From IMG/VR virus record IMGVR_UViG_2703718838_000007: a DNA stretch of 21,262 bases. One strand, given 5' to 3'. The notes beneath the pieces were generated by a model. That model was given only the letters and a program-made list of their open reading frames with translations. It was not told the DNA's origin and searched no databases. Below are positions 1 through 8,655 of this stretch, piece after piece. Source of the stretch: a virus (Duplodnaviria > Heunggongvirae > Uroviricota > Caudoviricetes). How positions within the stretch are numbered: the stretch's first letter is position 1; each line of letters starts with the position of its first letter. The translations under genes were made by a program, and so were the position numbers.

Positions 1-621
1 TCCTTCCAAACCAAGGTTTTTGAGAACCTCGTCAACCAATCCGGCGTCGGCCATTTCTTTGAGCGCATTCGCAATCAATGGGTACTGATCATGTGGATTC
101 GCATTCGCAAGATGTGTATCCATCAAATCATCTGCATACGATTTCGCGATAATAATTTGAGAATCAACATAAGCGCGAGTTGCCAGCACTACGGACGGGT
201 CAATTTTGAGCGTCACGGCGGCGGTGCTGCTGACGATCAGGATCATGCGGACAATCTGAACGCGCCCGCTACCTTCCTGCAACTGCGGCTTATAGGTTTC
301 CGCGCAGTTGGCTACGGCAATCAGATCGCCGTCTTTATCAAACAAACCGATTTCACGGATCCACCACCCGCCCACGTCTTCGGGGATCACCTGTTCGGCA
401 ATAATCTGGTTGGCGTTGTTCGGATCAATGCTCAGGGTATTGAGTGGCGCGCGGCGCAACTCATGAACCAGCGCCGTTTGTGCCGGGTTCGGTGTCGGCA
501 ATGCGCCGTTACCATCGCCTACAGCCATCTGGGTGATCTCAACCTGCGCACCCAATGCCGTGGCATTTGCCAGTTTCGCCGCGCCCACATTGGTTAGCAC
601 GGCATAATATTTAGTCGCCAC
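1..621 (-). CDS. H: Tail fibre protein, N-terminal part only; gene continues past the window start. Not in the ORF track because no stop lies in the window
   Basis: Minus-strand frame open from a GTG at 621 (GGAG about 8 nt upstream) to position 1. Translation begins VATKYYAVLTNVGAAKLANATALGAQVEITQMAVGDG, recalling the conserved N-terminus of P2 gpH. Position after I matches P2 order. Confidence 0.75.
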   Translation of the reverse strand, partial: MATKYYAVLTNVGAAKLANATALGAQVEITQMAVGDGNGALPTPNPAQTALVHELRRAPLNTLSIDPNNANQIIAEQVIPEDVGGWWIREIGLFDKDGDLIAVANCAETYKPQLQEGSGRVQIVRMILIVSSTAAVTLKIDPSVVLATRAYVDSQIIIAKSYADDLMDTHLANANPHDQYPLIANALKEMADAGLVDEVLKNLGLEG

Positions 622-1225
622 TTGCGATCTCCACGGTGTCAATTAAATGGATTGCCGCCCCGGTGTAATCATCACCGCCCACGGCTATGGTTTCAGGGAA
701 ATACGGGTACACGGTCAGCGTATCGCCGGAATAACTACCCGCGCCGATATACAGATCGCCGGTTGTTTGCAGGTGAAGAGACATTCCCAGCATATGACGG
801 CTGCACGGCTTCACATCGGCGATCAGGCGTTCAAGCTCCTGATAGGTTTCTTCACTAATGCCCTGGTCCTCCACCCCAATATCCAGCGTGAAGGTGCCCG
901 GTGCGGTGTCGATGTTCCACCACTCGTTAACCCGGATGAAGAAGCCGAACGGCTCCACAACCCGGCGCATGGCGCCCGTTGTGCCCTTGTACTTATGCAG
1001 GTAGAACGCATCGGCCACCGCCTTTCGTTTTGTGCTGATCGGCCAGGCCTCATCCCAGCGATCAACGGAGAAGGCCCACGCCAGATAGGGCAACAGATCA
1101 GCCCGACACGTCCACGGGTTCCACAACTGGCGCAGCGGCACGGGCACTTCACCCAACGACGCACAGACGCGCGCGGCGACTCGCTCCATTCGGCTGGCGC
1201 TGGGTGGTAACAGATCACTACTCAT
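611..1225 (-). CDS. I: Baseplate assembly protein gpI-like
   Basis: ORF track 611..1234. The ATG at 1225 (MSSDLLPP) overlaps the J stop, so I use it as start; the in-frame GTG at 1234 is the alternative. Position and size fit P2 I. Confidence 0.75.
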   Translation of the reverse strand: MSSDLLPPSASRMERVAARVCASLGEVPVPLRQLWNPWTCRADLLPYLAWAFSVDRWDEAWPISTKRKAVADAFYLHKYKGTTGAMRRVVEPFGFFIRVNEWWNIDTAPGTFTLDIGVEDQGISEETYQELERLIADVKPCSRHMLGMSLHLQTTGDLYIGAGSYSGDTLTVYPYFPETIAVGGDDYTGAAIHLIDTVEIASGD

Positions 1226-2129
1226 CGTAACCACCCACCGTTATGGTGTATTCGGTGCAGTGCGATGCCTGGTAGTCACTCAGCACGATATCCGCAACAG
1301 GCTGTGCCAGTTCCACGCGCTGGACACCTTCGACGTGCAGGGCGGCGTAGATAGCTGAAAGACGGATATCGCGGCCTAAGCGATTCTGCGCGGCAATATA
1401 CGCCTGTAACTGTTGCTCCGATGCCTGCCGGACGGGTTCAGCTTCCGGCCCCGGATATATGTAAAGCGTTGCATCGATCTGATACGGCACGATCTCCGCA
1501 GACTGCACCGTTACCCTGTCGGCCACCGGGCGTACCTCTTCATCGTTCAGTGCAGCAGCGACAACGGAAAGCAGATCTTCGCTGGCTGTTCCGTCACCCT
1601 CGCGCGACAGTACCGAAATGGTGACGCAGGCAGGCGTAGGACTGACCGCCGAAATATCAGCTACGCGCCCGTCTGCCGAACGCCCCCAAAATTCATACGC
1701 CGCCGTTGGCCCGGCCACGCTCAGACCTTCAAAAGCCTGCTGGGTACGCGTACGTAAATCGGGGTCTGACTCCATCACGGCTTCAATTGGCGGGGTAACG
1801 CTGTCGTCTTCTTCCTGAATGGTCAGACGTTCAACGTTGAAATTGACCGCCAGATTATCCAGATCGCTATCCGTGGAATAAGCCAGCATCACCGCGCGGG
1901 CCGCTTCATTCACCCGCTGGCGCAACAGCAATTCGCGATAGCAATTCTCTTCCAGCAGCATGGTTATCGGCTCCGATTCAAGCTCAAGCGTGCGGGCGAT
2001 CTCTTCCTGTTCATCTTCCGGGTACATCGCAATAAATGCGGCTTTGCGCTGCGCGAAAAGCGTTTCGAAGTCCAGCGGTTCAACCACCACGGGCGGCGGT
2101 AGCTGCGATAAATCGATCGTGCCGCTCAT
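1218..2129 (-). CDS. J: Baseplate protein gpJ-like
   Basis: 303-aa ORF, start overlaps the W stop by 4 nt. Size and position match P2 gpJ. Confidence 0.8.
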   Translation of the reverse strand: MSGTIDLSQLPPPVVVEPLDFETLFAQRKAAFIAMYPEDEQEEIARTLELESEPITMLLEENCYRELLLRQRVNEAARAVMLAYSTDSDLDNLAVNFNVERLTIQEEDDSVTPPIEAVMESDPDLRTRTQQAFEGLSVAGPTAAYEFWGRSADGRVADISAVSPTPACVTISVLSREGDGTASEDLLSVVAAALNDEEVRPVADRVTVQSAEIVPYQIDATLYIYPGPEAEPVRQASEQQLQAYIAAQNRLGRDIRLSAIYAALHVEGVQRVELAQPVADIVLSDYQASHCTEYTITVGGYDE

Positions 2130-2488
2130 GCCTGGCCCCTCAATGTAATATCGGCGTTAAATGGCGTCTGATTGTCGGTGCGGTTGGCCTGGATAGTGGC
2201 AACCAGCCGACCGGCACCCGGCGCGCTCAGGGTGATACTGGTCAGAGAGATCCGCGGTTCCCATAAATACAGGGCACTGTAGATGGCAGACATAACGCGC
2301 AGCTTCGTTATGGCGTTATCGACCGGCTGATCTATCAGGTTGAAAAGCTGCGAACCGTAAGCGCGGCGCATCACACGGGAACCGATCGGCGTTAACAGAA
2401 TATCGCCGATAGACTGTGCTATATGCTCGTTGTCGGTGATGGCATGGCCTGAACTGGCATTCATGCCGCTGTAACGGACTGTACTCAT
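2126..2488 (-). CDS. W: Baseplate protein gpW-like (T4 gp25-type)
   Basis: 120 aa; MSTVRYSGMN...VMRRAYGS...WEPR resembles P2 gpW. Start overlaps the V stop. Confidence 0.8.
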   Translation of the reverse strand: MSTVRYSGMNASSGHAITDNEHIAQSIGDILLTPIGSRVMRRAYGSQLFNLIDQPVDNAITKLRVMSAIYSALYLWEPRISLTSITLSAPGAGRLVATIQANRTDNQTPFNADITLRGQA

Positions 2489-3114
2489 ACCGGGCCACCT
2501 GTATTACTACCACCGGACTGGACGCCGCTATGTTTGTGCGAATGGACAACGACACCATTAGACGAAAGCGATCCGCCTGAATGGGTAATATTGCCCTTCA
2601 TTTCCCCGCCGTTTTGTACTTCCAGCGTGGCGGTGATCAGCTTGTTGGTGCAGACCACTTCCGGCGTGTCCAGGGTAACGCGCGTATCTGCCTTGACAGT
2701 TACCACCGGCACGGTGGCGGTAATGGATTCCGACGCGGTGACGCTTGCCGTTTTCACCCCGCTGACAACCAGCGCGCTGGCCTCCGGGTCATATGAGATA
2801 CGGGCGCCATCCGGGTGCAGGATCACGCAGGAGGTAGCGCCAGCATCTGGCGGCGGTGCGTCTTCGCTGTAAAGGCTTCCGGCAATGAATGCCGTTTCCA
2901 TCTCACCGCAGGGGCACAAGATATAAACCTGTTCTCCCACTGTCGGCGCCCACCACGTCACGGCTTCACCGGCGCGCGGCACTGCCCAGCGGATCCAGTC
3001 GGTTTTGTTCTCGCCGGTTTCGACGCGTGCAAGATACTTTTCCGTATCCACTTCCAGCACGGTGCCAATGCGGGCGAGATTGCAGATAAGGCGATAGAGT
3101 TCGTTTAAATTCAT
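2485..3114 (-). CDS. V: Baseplate spike gpV-like
   Basis: 209 aa, ATG verified at 3114. N-terminal OB-fold-like region and Ser/Gly/Thr-rich C-terminus typical of gpV. Confidence 0.8.
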   Translation of the reverse strand: MNLNELYRLICNLARIGTVLEVDTEKYLARVETGENKTDWIRWAVPRAGEAVTWWAPTVGEQVYILCPCGEMETAFIAGSLYSEDAPPPDAGATSCVILHPDGARISYDPEASALVVSGVKTASVTASESITATVPVVTVKADTRVTLDTPEVVCTNKLITATLEVQNGGEMKGNITHSGGSLSSNGVVVHSHKHSGVQSGGSNTGGPV

Positions 3115-3252
3115 AGTGCTGACTGTTTCCCGTGGTGCCGGTTACGCTGTCCGGCGTCGTTTCCACCCGGTAGCAGGCTTTACGACCGTTTCGGCTTTTG
3201 GGTTATGCAGTCAGTATCAGGAGTCGCGCGCGCGCAAACAACGCGGCGCCCT

Positions 3253-3270
3253 TGTGGCGGGTTGGTGACA
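3253..3270 (-). promoter_or_regulatory. Late promoter activator site (TGT-N12-ACA dyad) in the S-V intergenic region; candidate P_V
   Basis: Exact TGT GGCGGGTTGGTG ACA at 3253-3270. A -10-like GATACT lies on the minus strand about 46 nt downstream of the dyad centre, and V starts at 3114. Confidence 0.5.
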
Positions 3271-3271
3271 A

Positions 3272-3916
3272 TCAAATCTCTTGCATGAAGGCGACAACAG
3301 TATCGACCAGCCAGTCTAAATCCCCCTCGGTCATGCCCAGGAGTTCACGCACCGGGTAGCGTGCACGGGCACCCGGCACCACGTTATCGACTTCACCGTA
3401 CTGGTGAACGCTGGCAATTTCGGCGGTATGCCCCTGAAAGCCAACCACTGCCATGCCGCCCGTACCGTAAGCCTTAAGAAAGCGTGCGGTGCGCAGCTTG
3501 CGGAACATCGGATCCTTTCTGGTGCGGTTTTGCTTTGACTGGTTGAGATTGATTTCAATATAGCGCTGGATATCGCGCTTATAGAACGTGCGCAGGGCAC
3601 CGCGATCAACGTCATAGCCGGTGATTGCGCGGTGCTCACCCCTGCCCGTGGTTCGCCAGTTGCGTAACTCCCTGGCCTCATCATTCCATACGAATTTTAT
3701 CCCGCCCTGGGTGCGCAGAATTTTGCGGCGGCGGGCCTGATAGCTTTCACCGCTGGGGTTCTTCTGGCTGGCGATACGCTTTTGCTGGCGCTTACGCAGC
3801 CCGATCGCAACGTCGCGCGTCAGCTTGCGACGGTGTCCGGGCGAAAGCTGCGCGGCAACGCTGGCTAACCAGTCGTCTAACTGCTGGAAGAGGGGATCGG
3901 TTTGTTGTCCTGCCAT
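3272..3916 (-). CDS. S: Tail completion protein gpS-like
   Basis: 214 aa, ATG verified at 3916. Position after R matches P2. Confidence 0.75.
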   Translation of the reverse strand: MAGQQTDPLFQQLDDWLASVAAQLSPGHRRKLTRDVAIGLRKRQQKRIASQKNPSGESYQARRRKILRTQGGIKFVWNDEARELRNWRTTGRGEHRAITGYDVDRGALRTFYKRDIQRYIEINLNQSKQNRTRKDPMFRKLRTARFLKAYGTGGMAVVGFQGHTAEIASVHQYGEVDNVVPGARARYPVRELLGMTEGDLDWLVDTVVAFMQEI

Positions 3917-4371
3917 GTTTCGCCGCTGACCTCATCAACAAATACCAGTGACCACGCGCCAATTTCCGGCCCCGGTGCAGGGTCAGCACGGTGACGGGTG
4001 ACGATCTCGCCATCTTCACGGGTGACGATCACCGCTTCATCAGCCTGAATCTGGATCAGTACGTCCATCGTGCTGTTACTCAGAATATCGGCTTCGAATG
4101 TTATGCCGTTCTGCTGCCTGTCCGGGTTAAACAACAGATCAGGCTGATATAAGCGCGCCCATGCCAGCACCGGCACGCTGATAGTATCCAGAGATTCAGG
4201 GTAATCCATCACCAGCACTTCCAGCGTATAGCGATACTCAAACGCAGCAGCACGCTGGCCGGTGCTGACCATACGACCTTTTCGCAGATAAACCGCCAGA
4301 TTATCGGGATTTTCGCGCAGCCAGGGCACATGCTGGCTTATCATCTGGCGCAGTAAATCGGGTTTAAGCAT
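3877..4371 (-). CDS. R: Tail completion protein gpR-like
   Basis: 164 aa; its ATG at 4371 overlaps the i-spanin stop (TAATG). Position matches P2 R. Confidence 0.75.
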   Translation of the reverse strand: MLKPDLLRQMISQHVPWLRENPDNLAVYLRKGRMVSTGQRAAAFEYRYTLEVLVMDYPESLDTISVPVLAWARLYQPDLLFNPDRQQNGITFEADILSNSTMDVLIQIQADEAVIVTREDGEIVTRHRADPAPGPEIGAWSLVFVDEVSGETWQDNKPIPSSSS

Positions 4372-4901
4372 TACTTATTCCCCCCGGACTTAACCGCATC
4401 ATACGCAGCCTCACAGGCTAATCCTCTGGCTCTTGCTTCATCAGCTTCTCTTGCCAGTTCCCCCGCTCGCTCGTCAGCCCGCTTAAACAGGTCGGCAAGC
4501 AATGCGGCACCGCTGGCTTTTGCCTCGCTTCTGCCGGGAGTTCCGGCACCGCAGGCACGTTCACGGTCTGCCAGTCTTCTGGCGAGTTCGTCGGCTTTGG
4601 CGTGCAGCCCACGAGAAACAGCACTGGCACGATCGGCAGCAGCCTGCACGCCAGCAAGCTGCTGACTGGTTTGTTTTCTGATCGCATCAATTTCACCTTG
4701 TCGGCGTTGTTCTTCTGTCCTGGCCTCAGCCTGCCTTTGCGCCAGCGCGGTGGCGTCGCGTGCATCACGTTGCGCCCACTTTTCACGCCAGTGCTGATCT
4801 GCATCACCGTAACCGGCGCTGTAACGCCAGTGGCTAAAACCCCATACAGCAGCAGCGGCCAGCACAAGACAAACGATCACTTTCCAGCGTGACAACCCCA
4901 T
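4371..4901 (-). CDS. i-spanin (Rz / LysB-like)
   Basis: N-terminal hydrophobic segment (VIVCLVLAAAAVWGF) followed by a charged Ala/Arg/Glu/Gln-rich helical region. Lies in the lysis cassette. Confidence 0.7.
   Translation of the reverse strand: MGLSRWKVIVCLVLAAAAVWGFSHWRYSAGYGDADQHWREKWAQRDARDATALAQRQAEARTEEQRRQGEIDAIRKQTSQQLAGVQAAADRASAVSRGLHAKADELARRLADRERACGAGTPGRSEAKASGAALLADLFKRADERAGELAREADEARARGLACEAAYDAVKSGGNK
4418..4687 (-). CDS. o-spanin (Rz1 / LysC-like lipoprotein), wholly embedded in the i-spanin gene in another frame
   Basis: ATG verified at 4687. Signal peptide ending in a lipobox-like LVGC, Pro-rich mature part, C-terminal Cys. Start choice within the longer ORF 4418..4867 is uncertain. 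Confidence 0.55.
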   Translation of the reverse strand: MRSENKPVSSLLACRLLPIVPVLFLVGCTPKPTNSPEDWQTVNVPAVPELPAEARQKPAVPHCLPTCLSGLTSERGNWQEKLMKQEPED

Positions 4902-5002
4902 ATCTAAACCTCTCGCCAGCTCGCACTGTCATTACCGTACGTGCTGGAGCACTGTCAAAAATGACCGCGCTCGATACGCACGGCCAGCACGGTTAGACAT
5001 GA

Positions 5003-5482
5003 TCACGACTCAGAAACGGAGCGCGTACCGGATAGCTGCGGCAATGGTTGAACATCGACAGGAATATCTTTCGGCCAGCGATATCCAGATACCCGCGATG
5101 TAGAAAACGCACGGATATTCACCGCATCACTCTGATTTCCACCCAGTACCATCAAATCGCCATTTGCCTGCTGACCAACAACAAAGCCAACATGACCGCC
5201 GCCGTCACGGCTGAATACCACCACACAACCATATGCAGGTTTATCCAGCTTCACCCCCCAATTAAGATAAGATGCGGCTGATTCAAAGCGGCTTGATGTG
5301 ATACCTGAACGTTCCAGCACTCCCCCAACGTAAGCCGCACACCACGGCGTTTCGTCGTCCTTAATACCGCCTCGTTTTATATCCTTCCAGAACTGTAAAA
5401 TTAGCGGGTTATGCTCTGGCCCTTTAATTTCCTTTTCACCAATATATTTACGACCTTCAACAATCCATGATGGTTCTTTCAT
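5003..5482 (-). CDS. Endolysin candidate of the CHAP / NlpC-P60-like peptidase type (TIGR02594-like, from memory), not a P2 gpK-type lysozyme
   Basis: 159 aa. Conserved Cys (TPWCAAYVGG) and His (GGHVGFVVG), plus LGGNQSDAV and SGYRWP motifs recalled from that family. Sits between holin and spanins. Confidence 0.6.
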   Translation of the reverse strand: MKEPSWIVEGRKYIGEKEIKGPEHNPLILQFWKDIKRGGIKDDETPWCAAYVGGVLERSGITSSRFESAASYLNWGVKLDKPAYGCVVVFSRDGGGHVGFVVGQQANGDLMVLGGNQSDAVNIRAFSTSRVSGYRWPKDIPVDVQPLPQLSGTRSVSES

Positions 5483-5546
5483 GGCTGCATTCCTCTTTGA
5501 CAGTGAATAAAACCGCCAACCAGCAAATCATTTCAGGTGATGGGAT

Positions 5547-5876
5547 TTATTCCCCGCCCTTCATTCCGCCGATACGGTTTTCGATAAACCCAGTAACTTT
5601 GTTGCGGACTTTATCCGCTCCCATAAATCCGATGGAGGCGCCCACGAACGTTACTGCGTTGGACGGAAGCCCCAGATATTCCAGCGAACCGGCCACAGCA
5701 AGCGTGACAATCCCACATACCAGCGATCCGGTGGCGGTTTTAAGCAAAGACTGCCCATCGTAAAGGCTCATTAGCGCCGAAATACTCAGCGCCGCACCAG
5801 CCGCAAACAGTGTCGGCAGATAAGTAGCGATCCATTTCATTGTTTGTTCGAGTAATCCCGGTGGTGTGTCGTGCAT
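5547..5876 (-). CDS. Holin candidate
   Basis: ATG at 5876 preceded by GGGGGAGGG, 11 nt after the X stop. Protein has two or three hydrophobic segments and a charged C-terminus. A shorter start (MKW, 5840) is possible. Confidence 0.55.
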   Translation of the reverse strand: MHDTPPGLLEQTMKWIATYLPTLFAAGAALSISALMSLYDGQSLLKTATGSLVCGIVTLAVAGSLEYLGLPSNAVTFVGASIGFMGADKVRNKVTGFIENRIGGMKGGE

Positions 5877-5886
5877 ACCCTCCCCC

Positions 5887-6087
5887 TTAATCCCATAGCT
5901 GCACGGTTTCCCGCTGGGCTGGCGGCTGGATCTCTGGCAGGTAGACAATCTGCCCGGCCTGCAACTCAGTGGCGGCGGAAATGCCCTTATTGGCATCGAT
6001 CACCGCCTCGGTAACGCCTGCTGTTCTGCCGTAATAGCGCCAGCAAAGCAGGTCGATCGTGTCGTTTTGCTGCGCCTGAACGTTCAT
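5887..6087 (-). CDS. X: Tail protein gpX-like
   Basis: 66 aa (MNVQAQQNDTIDLLCWRYYG...), size and position as P2 gpX. Confidence 0.75.
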   Translation of the reverse strand: MNVQAQQNDTIDLLCWRYYGRTAGVTEAVIDANKGISAATELQAGQIVYLPEIQPPAQRETVQLWD

Positions 6088-6671
6088 TACACCAACTCCG
6101 CCAGGCCCCGGCTTTCGTCCTGGATATCACGGATTGACCAGCGCACATCCCGCCACAGCGTATCGATCTGCGTGCTCAATGCTGCCGCGTGGTCTTCGCC
6201 TTTACTGGTGGTGTCAATATCGCGGTAGCCTTCAATCAACAGCGCCTTAGTAAGTGAATACACGGCGTTTTTATAGCGCCATACCTTCACGGAAGTGCCA
6301 TTCACCGGACTGGCCGGAATTTCTGCCAATGACTCATAGCCAGCATCAATCTGCACCTGGCGCCACAGGAAAAGCTGATCATTAACATGGGCCACCGCTT
6401 CCACCGTTCGCGACATCAGGCGATCGGTTGTCACCTGCCCATCAAGACGCATCGCGCGGCGTAGTTCAGCCAGCGAAATGACCGGCCAGAATGGCAGGCT
6501 TTCAACTTTCGCGCCGCCATCATCAGGCACGGGATCGGATGGTGGCCGTACTGGCTCAGTGGCTACCAGACTCATGATCTCTACTCCGTATAAGTCAGGC
6601 GGTGGACGGCAGGACGAAGACACGGCGTTGCCTGTTTTCGCCTGCCGTGCCGCCTGGGTGCGCGGGGGCAC
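6087..6671 (-). CDS. L: Head completion protein gpL-like
   Basis: 194 aa ORF between M and X, as in P2. Confidence 0.75.
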   Translation of the reverse strand: MPPRTQAARQAKTGNAVSSSCRPPPDLYGVEIMSLVATEPVRPPSDPVPDDGGAKVESLPFWPVISLAELRRAMRLDGQVTTDRLMSRTVEAVAHVNDQLFLWRQVQIDAGYESLAEIPASPVNGTSVKVWRYKNAVYSLTKALLIEGYRDIDTTSKGEDHAAALSTQIDTLWRDVRWSIRDIQDESRGLAELV

Positions 6672-6677
6672 GTTCGG

Positions 6678-7526
6678 TTATGACGCCGCCTTCTGGCGGG
6701 CTGTCGTGGTTCTTTTCTTCGCTGCCGGCTTATTTTTAGCGGCGGGCTTTTTGGTTTCCCGCTTCGCTTTTGGCTGCGCTGGCGGCGTTGCCGTCTGGAT
6801 TTCGGTGGTGTTTGCTTCTGGCTTGCCGTCTGCGCCGTCACCGTCAGCAGGTTGCCCGGACTTCTTAAGCACACGTTGCAGAAGCTCAATATCACGGGTT
6901 ACGCCTGCTTTTTTCGGGTTCAACACTGCCGCCTGGCGCAGGTATTCAACCGCAGCCGTAAGCGATTCAACGTTGTCAGTCAGGCGCAGCGTATACCCCA
7001 GCGCCTTAAGCAGCTTTGAGCGCACCTCATCCGGCATATCTTCGTTCAGGGTTAAACCCCGTAACGCTTCCAGCAGGTCAGCGGCGACCGGCGCAACAGC
7101 CGGGTTAGCTTTGAATGCAGCCAGGACGGGATCGCAAATTTCTTCCACCAGTACGGTGGCGGTGGTGCGGCGATACTGATCCGGCATCGGCAACTTATGG
7201 CGCAATACGTACTGACCAATGCGCAGGGCTTCGGCGATGTTTCCGCAGTCACAACACCAGATCATGACGGTGGTTAACACGTCGTCAGACTGGCCGGAAT
7301 CTGCTGTAAGTACGCCTTCGATCCACGGCTGATAGTCCGGCAGGAGTTCGCGTTTTAAATCCGCTTTAGCCTTCTGGGACTGGACACGGCTCAAACGGGC
7401 TTTATCCAGTCGCAGGCGGTGAAGCATGGTTTCGTATGCCGTCATTTCAAGCTGCGACGGCTCACGGCTGGCGTGGCGGCGTTCAGCCATCACGCGATTA
7501 AAATGTTGTTGAGCAGGTGTCAACAT
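6678..7526 (-). CDS. M: Terminase small subunit gpM-like, with a Lys/Ala/Pro-rich C-terminal tail
   Basis: 282 aa, positioned as P2 gpM. The last ~60 aa are low-complexity (…KPAAKNKPAAKKRTTTARQKAAS). Confidence 0.8.
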   Translation of the reverse strand: MLTPAQQHFNRVMAERRHASREPSQLEMTAYETMLHRLRLDKARLSRVQSQKAKADLKRELLPDYQPWIEGVLTADSGQSDDVLTTVMIWCCDCGNIAEALRIGQYVLRHKLPMPDQYRRTTATVLVEEICDPVLAAFKANPAVAPVAADLLEALRGLTLNEDMPDEVRSKLLKALGYTLRLTDNVESLTAAVEYLRQAAVLNPKKAGVTRDIELLQRVLKKSGQPADGDGADGKPEANTTEIQTATPPAQPKAKRETKKPAAKNKPAAKKRTTTARQKAAS

Positions 7527-7568
7527 GATGCCCCCAAAGCGGCCAGCAGTTAGCTGGCCTGCGCTGAT

Positions 7569-8615
7569 TTATGGTGCCGGTGCTGGTTCGGCGGCGGTAA
7601 TGCCTTCGATCAGACAGCCGAAGCCGTAATCTTCAACAACATAGGCATCATTTGACGAACTGTAGGTAGAGACACGGTTATATTCCGGCTCTTCCACAAT
7701 GCGGCGGCGGTGCGCACCTTCCTGCCAGTAAATCGACAGGTTTTCCCACGAAGTGATAAACATGCTGCCGTCAGGGAAGAAAGGCGCGATAAACGAAGGC
7801 AGGTTGCCGATCGTCTTACGCGATGCGATCAACTGACCGGCCAGCGCTTCGGAGTTCGGGTTATTGGTGCTTACGGCATTGATGATCGGGAACGAACGGC
7901 TAACCGTCAGGTTACGACCGGTGATCACCACCAGATTGGGCGAATCTTTGTACCACTCGTCCATCAGTGAGTTAACCGCGTCATAAACCAGCGAGTCGTA
8001 GTTACCGTAATCACCTTTAGCGATCACCTGGTTGGAATCGTCGCGGCTGGTCACGGTGATATCTTTCATGACACGTTGCGGCGCGTTTGCGCGGTACTGT
8101 TGCAGCCAGCCGATACCACAATCCTGCAAAAGCGGGTTGGCGTTGCGGTCGGACTTATCCGCGTAGCTGGTTCCGTTAAAGCCGATCATGATGCGATCAA
8201 GCGCGATACGCTGGATGATCTGATTGCTCAGTCGCTGCTGGAAATCCGGGAATTTAGCCCAGGCATCAAGCTGCGCATAAGAGGCGAAAGTATCCGCGTT
8301 CACCTTATTACAGGTGTATTTGTTCGAATCCAGCGCCGTGACGGAAACAGGCTGGCGGCGATCGGTGGTGGAATTATTGGTGCTGGAGATCGGCCCGCTC
8401 ACACCCAGACCGATTTTTTCACCGGACTGATCGTTAACGCCGTAGATATTAATCTTCTTCAACATTTCGGAAGACTGCTGCACCTTGTCTTCAAGCGTCT
8501 GCTCAACGCTCGGATCAATGCTGAACGCCTTTGTTACGTGGGATTTGTTGATGTGATTGAGTTCGGCCTGTCGCTCAAGATACGCATCAAACAATTCACG
8601 GGTAGAATTACGCAT
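7569..8615 (-). CDS. N: Major capsid protein gpN-like
   Basis: 348 aa, size and position as P2 gpN, immediately downstream of the scaffold gene. Confidence 0.85.
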   Translation of the reverse strand: MRNSTRELFDAYLERQAELNHINKSHVTKAFSIDPSVEQTLEDKVQQSSEMLKKINIYGVNDQSGEKIGLGVSGPISSTNNSTTDRRQPVSVTALDSNKYTCNKVNADTFASYAQLDAWAKFPDFQQRLSNQIIQRIALDRIMIGFNGTSYADKSDRNANPLLQDCGIGWLQQYRANAPQRVMKDITVTSRDDSNQVIAKGDYGNYDSLVYDAVNSLMDEWYKDSPNLVVITGRNLTVSRSFPIINAVSTNNPNSEALAGQLIASRKTIGNLPSFIAPFFPDGSMFITSWENLSIYWQEGAHRRRIVEEPEYNRVSTYSSSNDAYVVEDYGFGCLIEGITAAEPAPAP

Positions 8616-8655
8616 AGTTATTTTTCCTGTACTGTTCCTTCGTTACTGACGGCGA

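Noticed and set aside
91-597. 168-aa plus-strand ORF
   Set aside because: Antisense to the tail fibre H coding frame, which is open on the minus strand with a P2-like N-terminus. Cys/Arg-rich translation, no RBS.
647-1210. 187-aa plus-strand ORF, plus 622..858 (+) and 823..1218 (-)
   Set aside because: All lie within gene I on the wrong strand or frame; Arg/Gly/His-rich translations typical of GC-rich non-coding frames.
4902-5002. Possible LysA-like gene between endolysin and spanins
   Set aside because: Only about 100 bp of non-coding sequence with no ORF; the P2 lysA equivalent appears to be absent.
6478-7179. 233-aa plus-strand ORF, and the 104-aa minus-strand ORF 6581..6895
   Set aside because: Overlap the L and M genes in other frames or strand; low-complexity Ala/Ser/Arg-rich translations.
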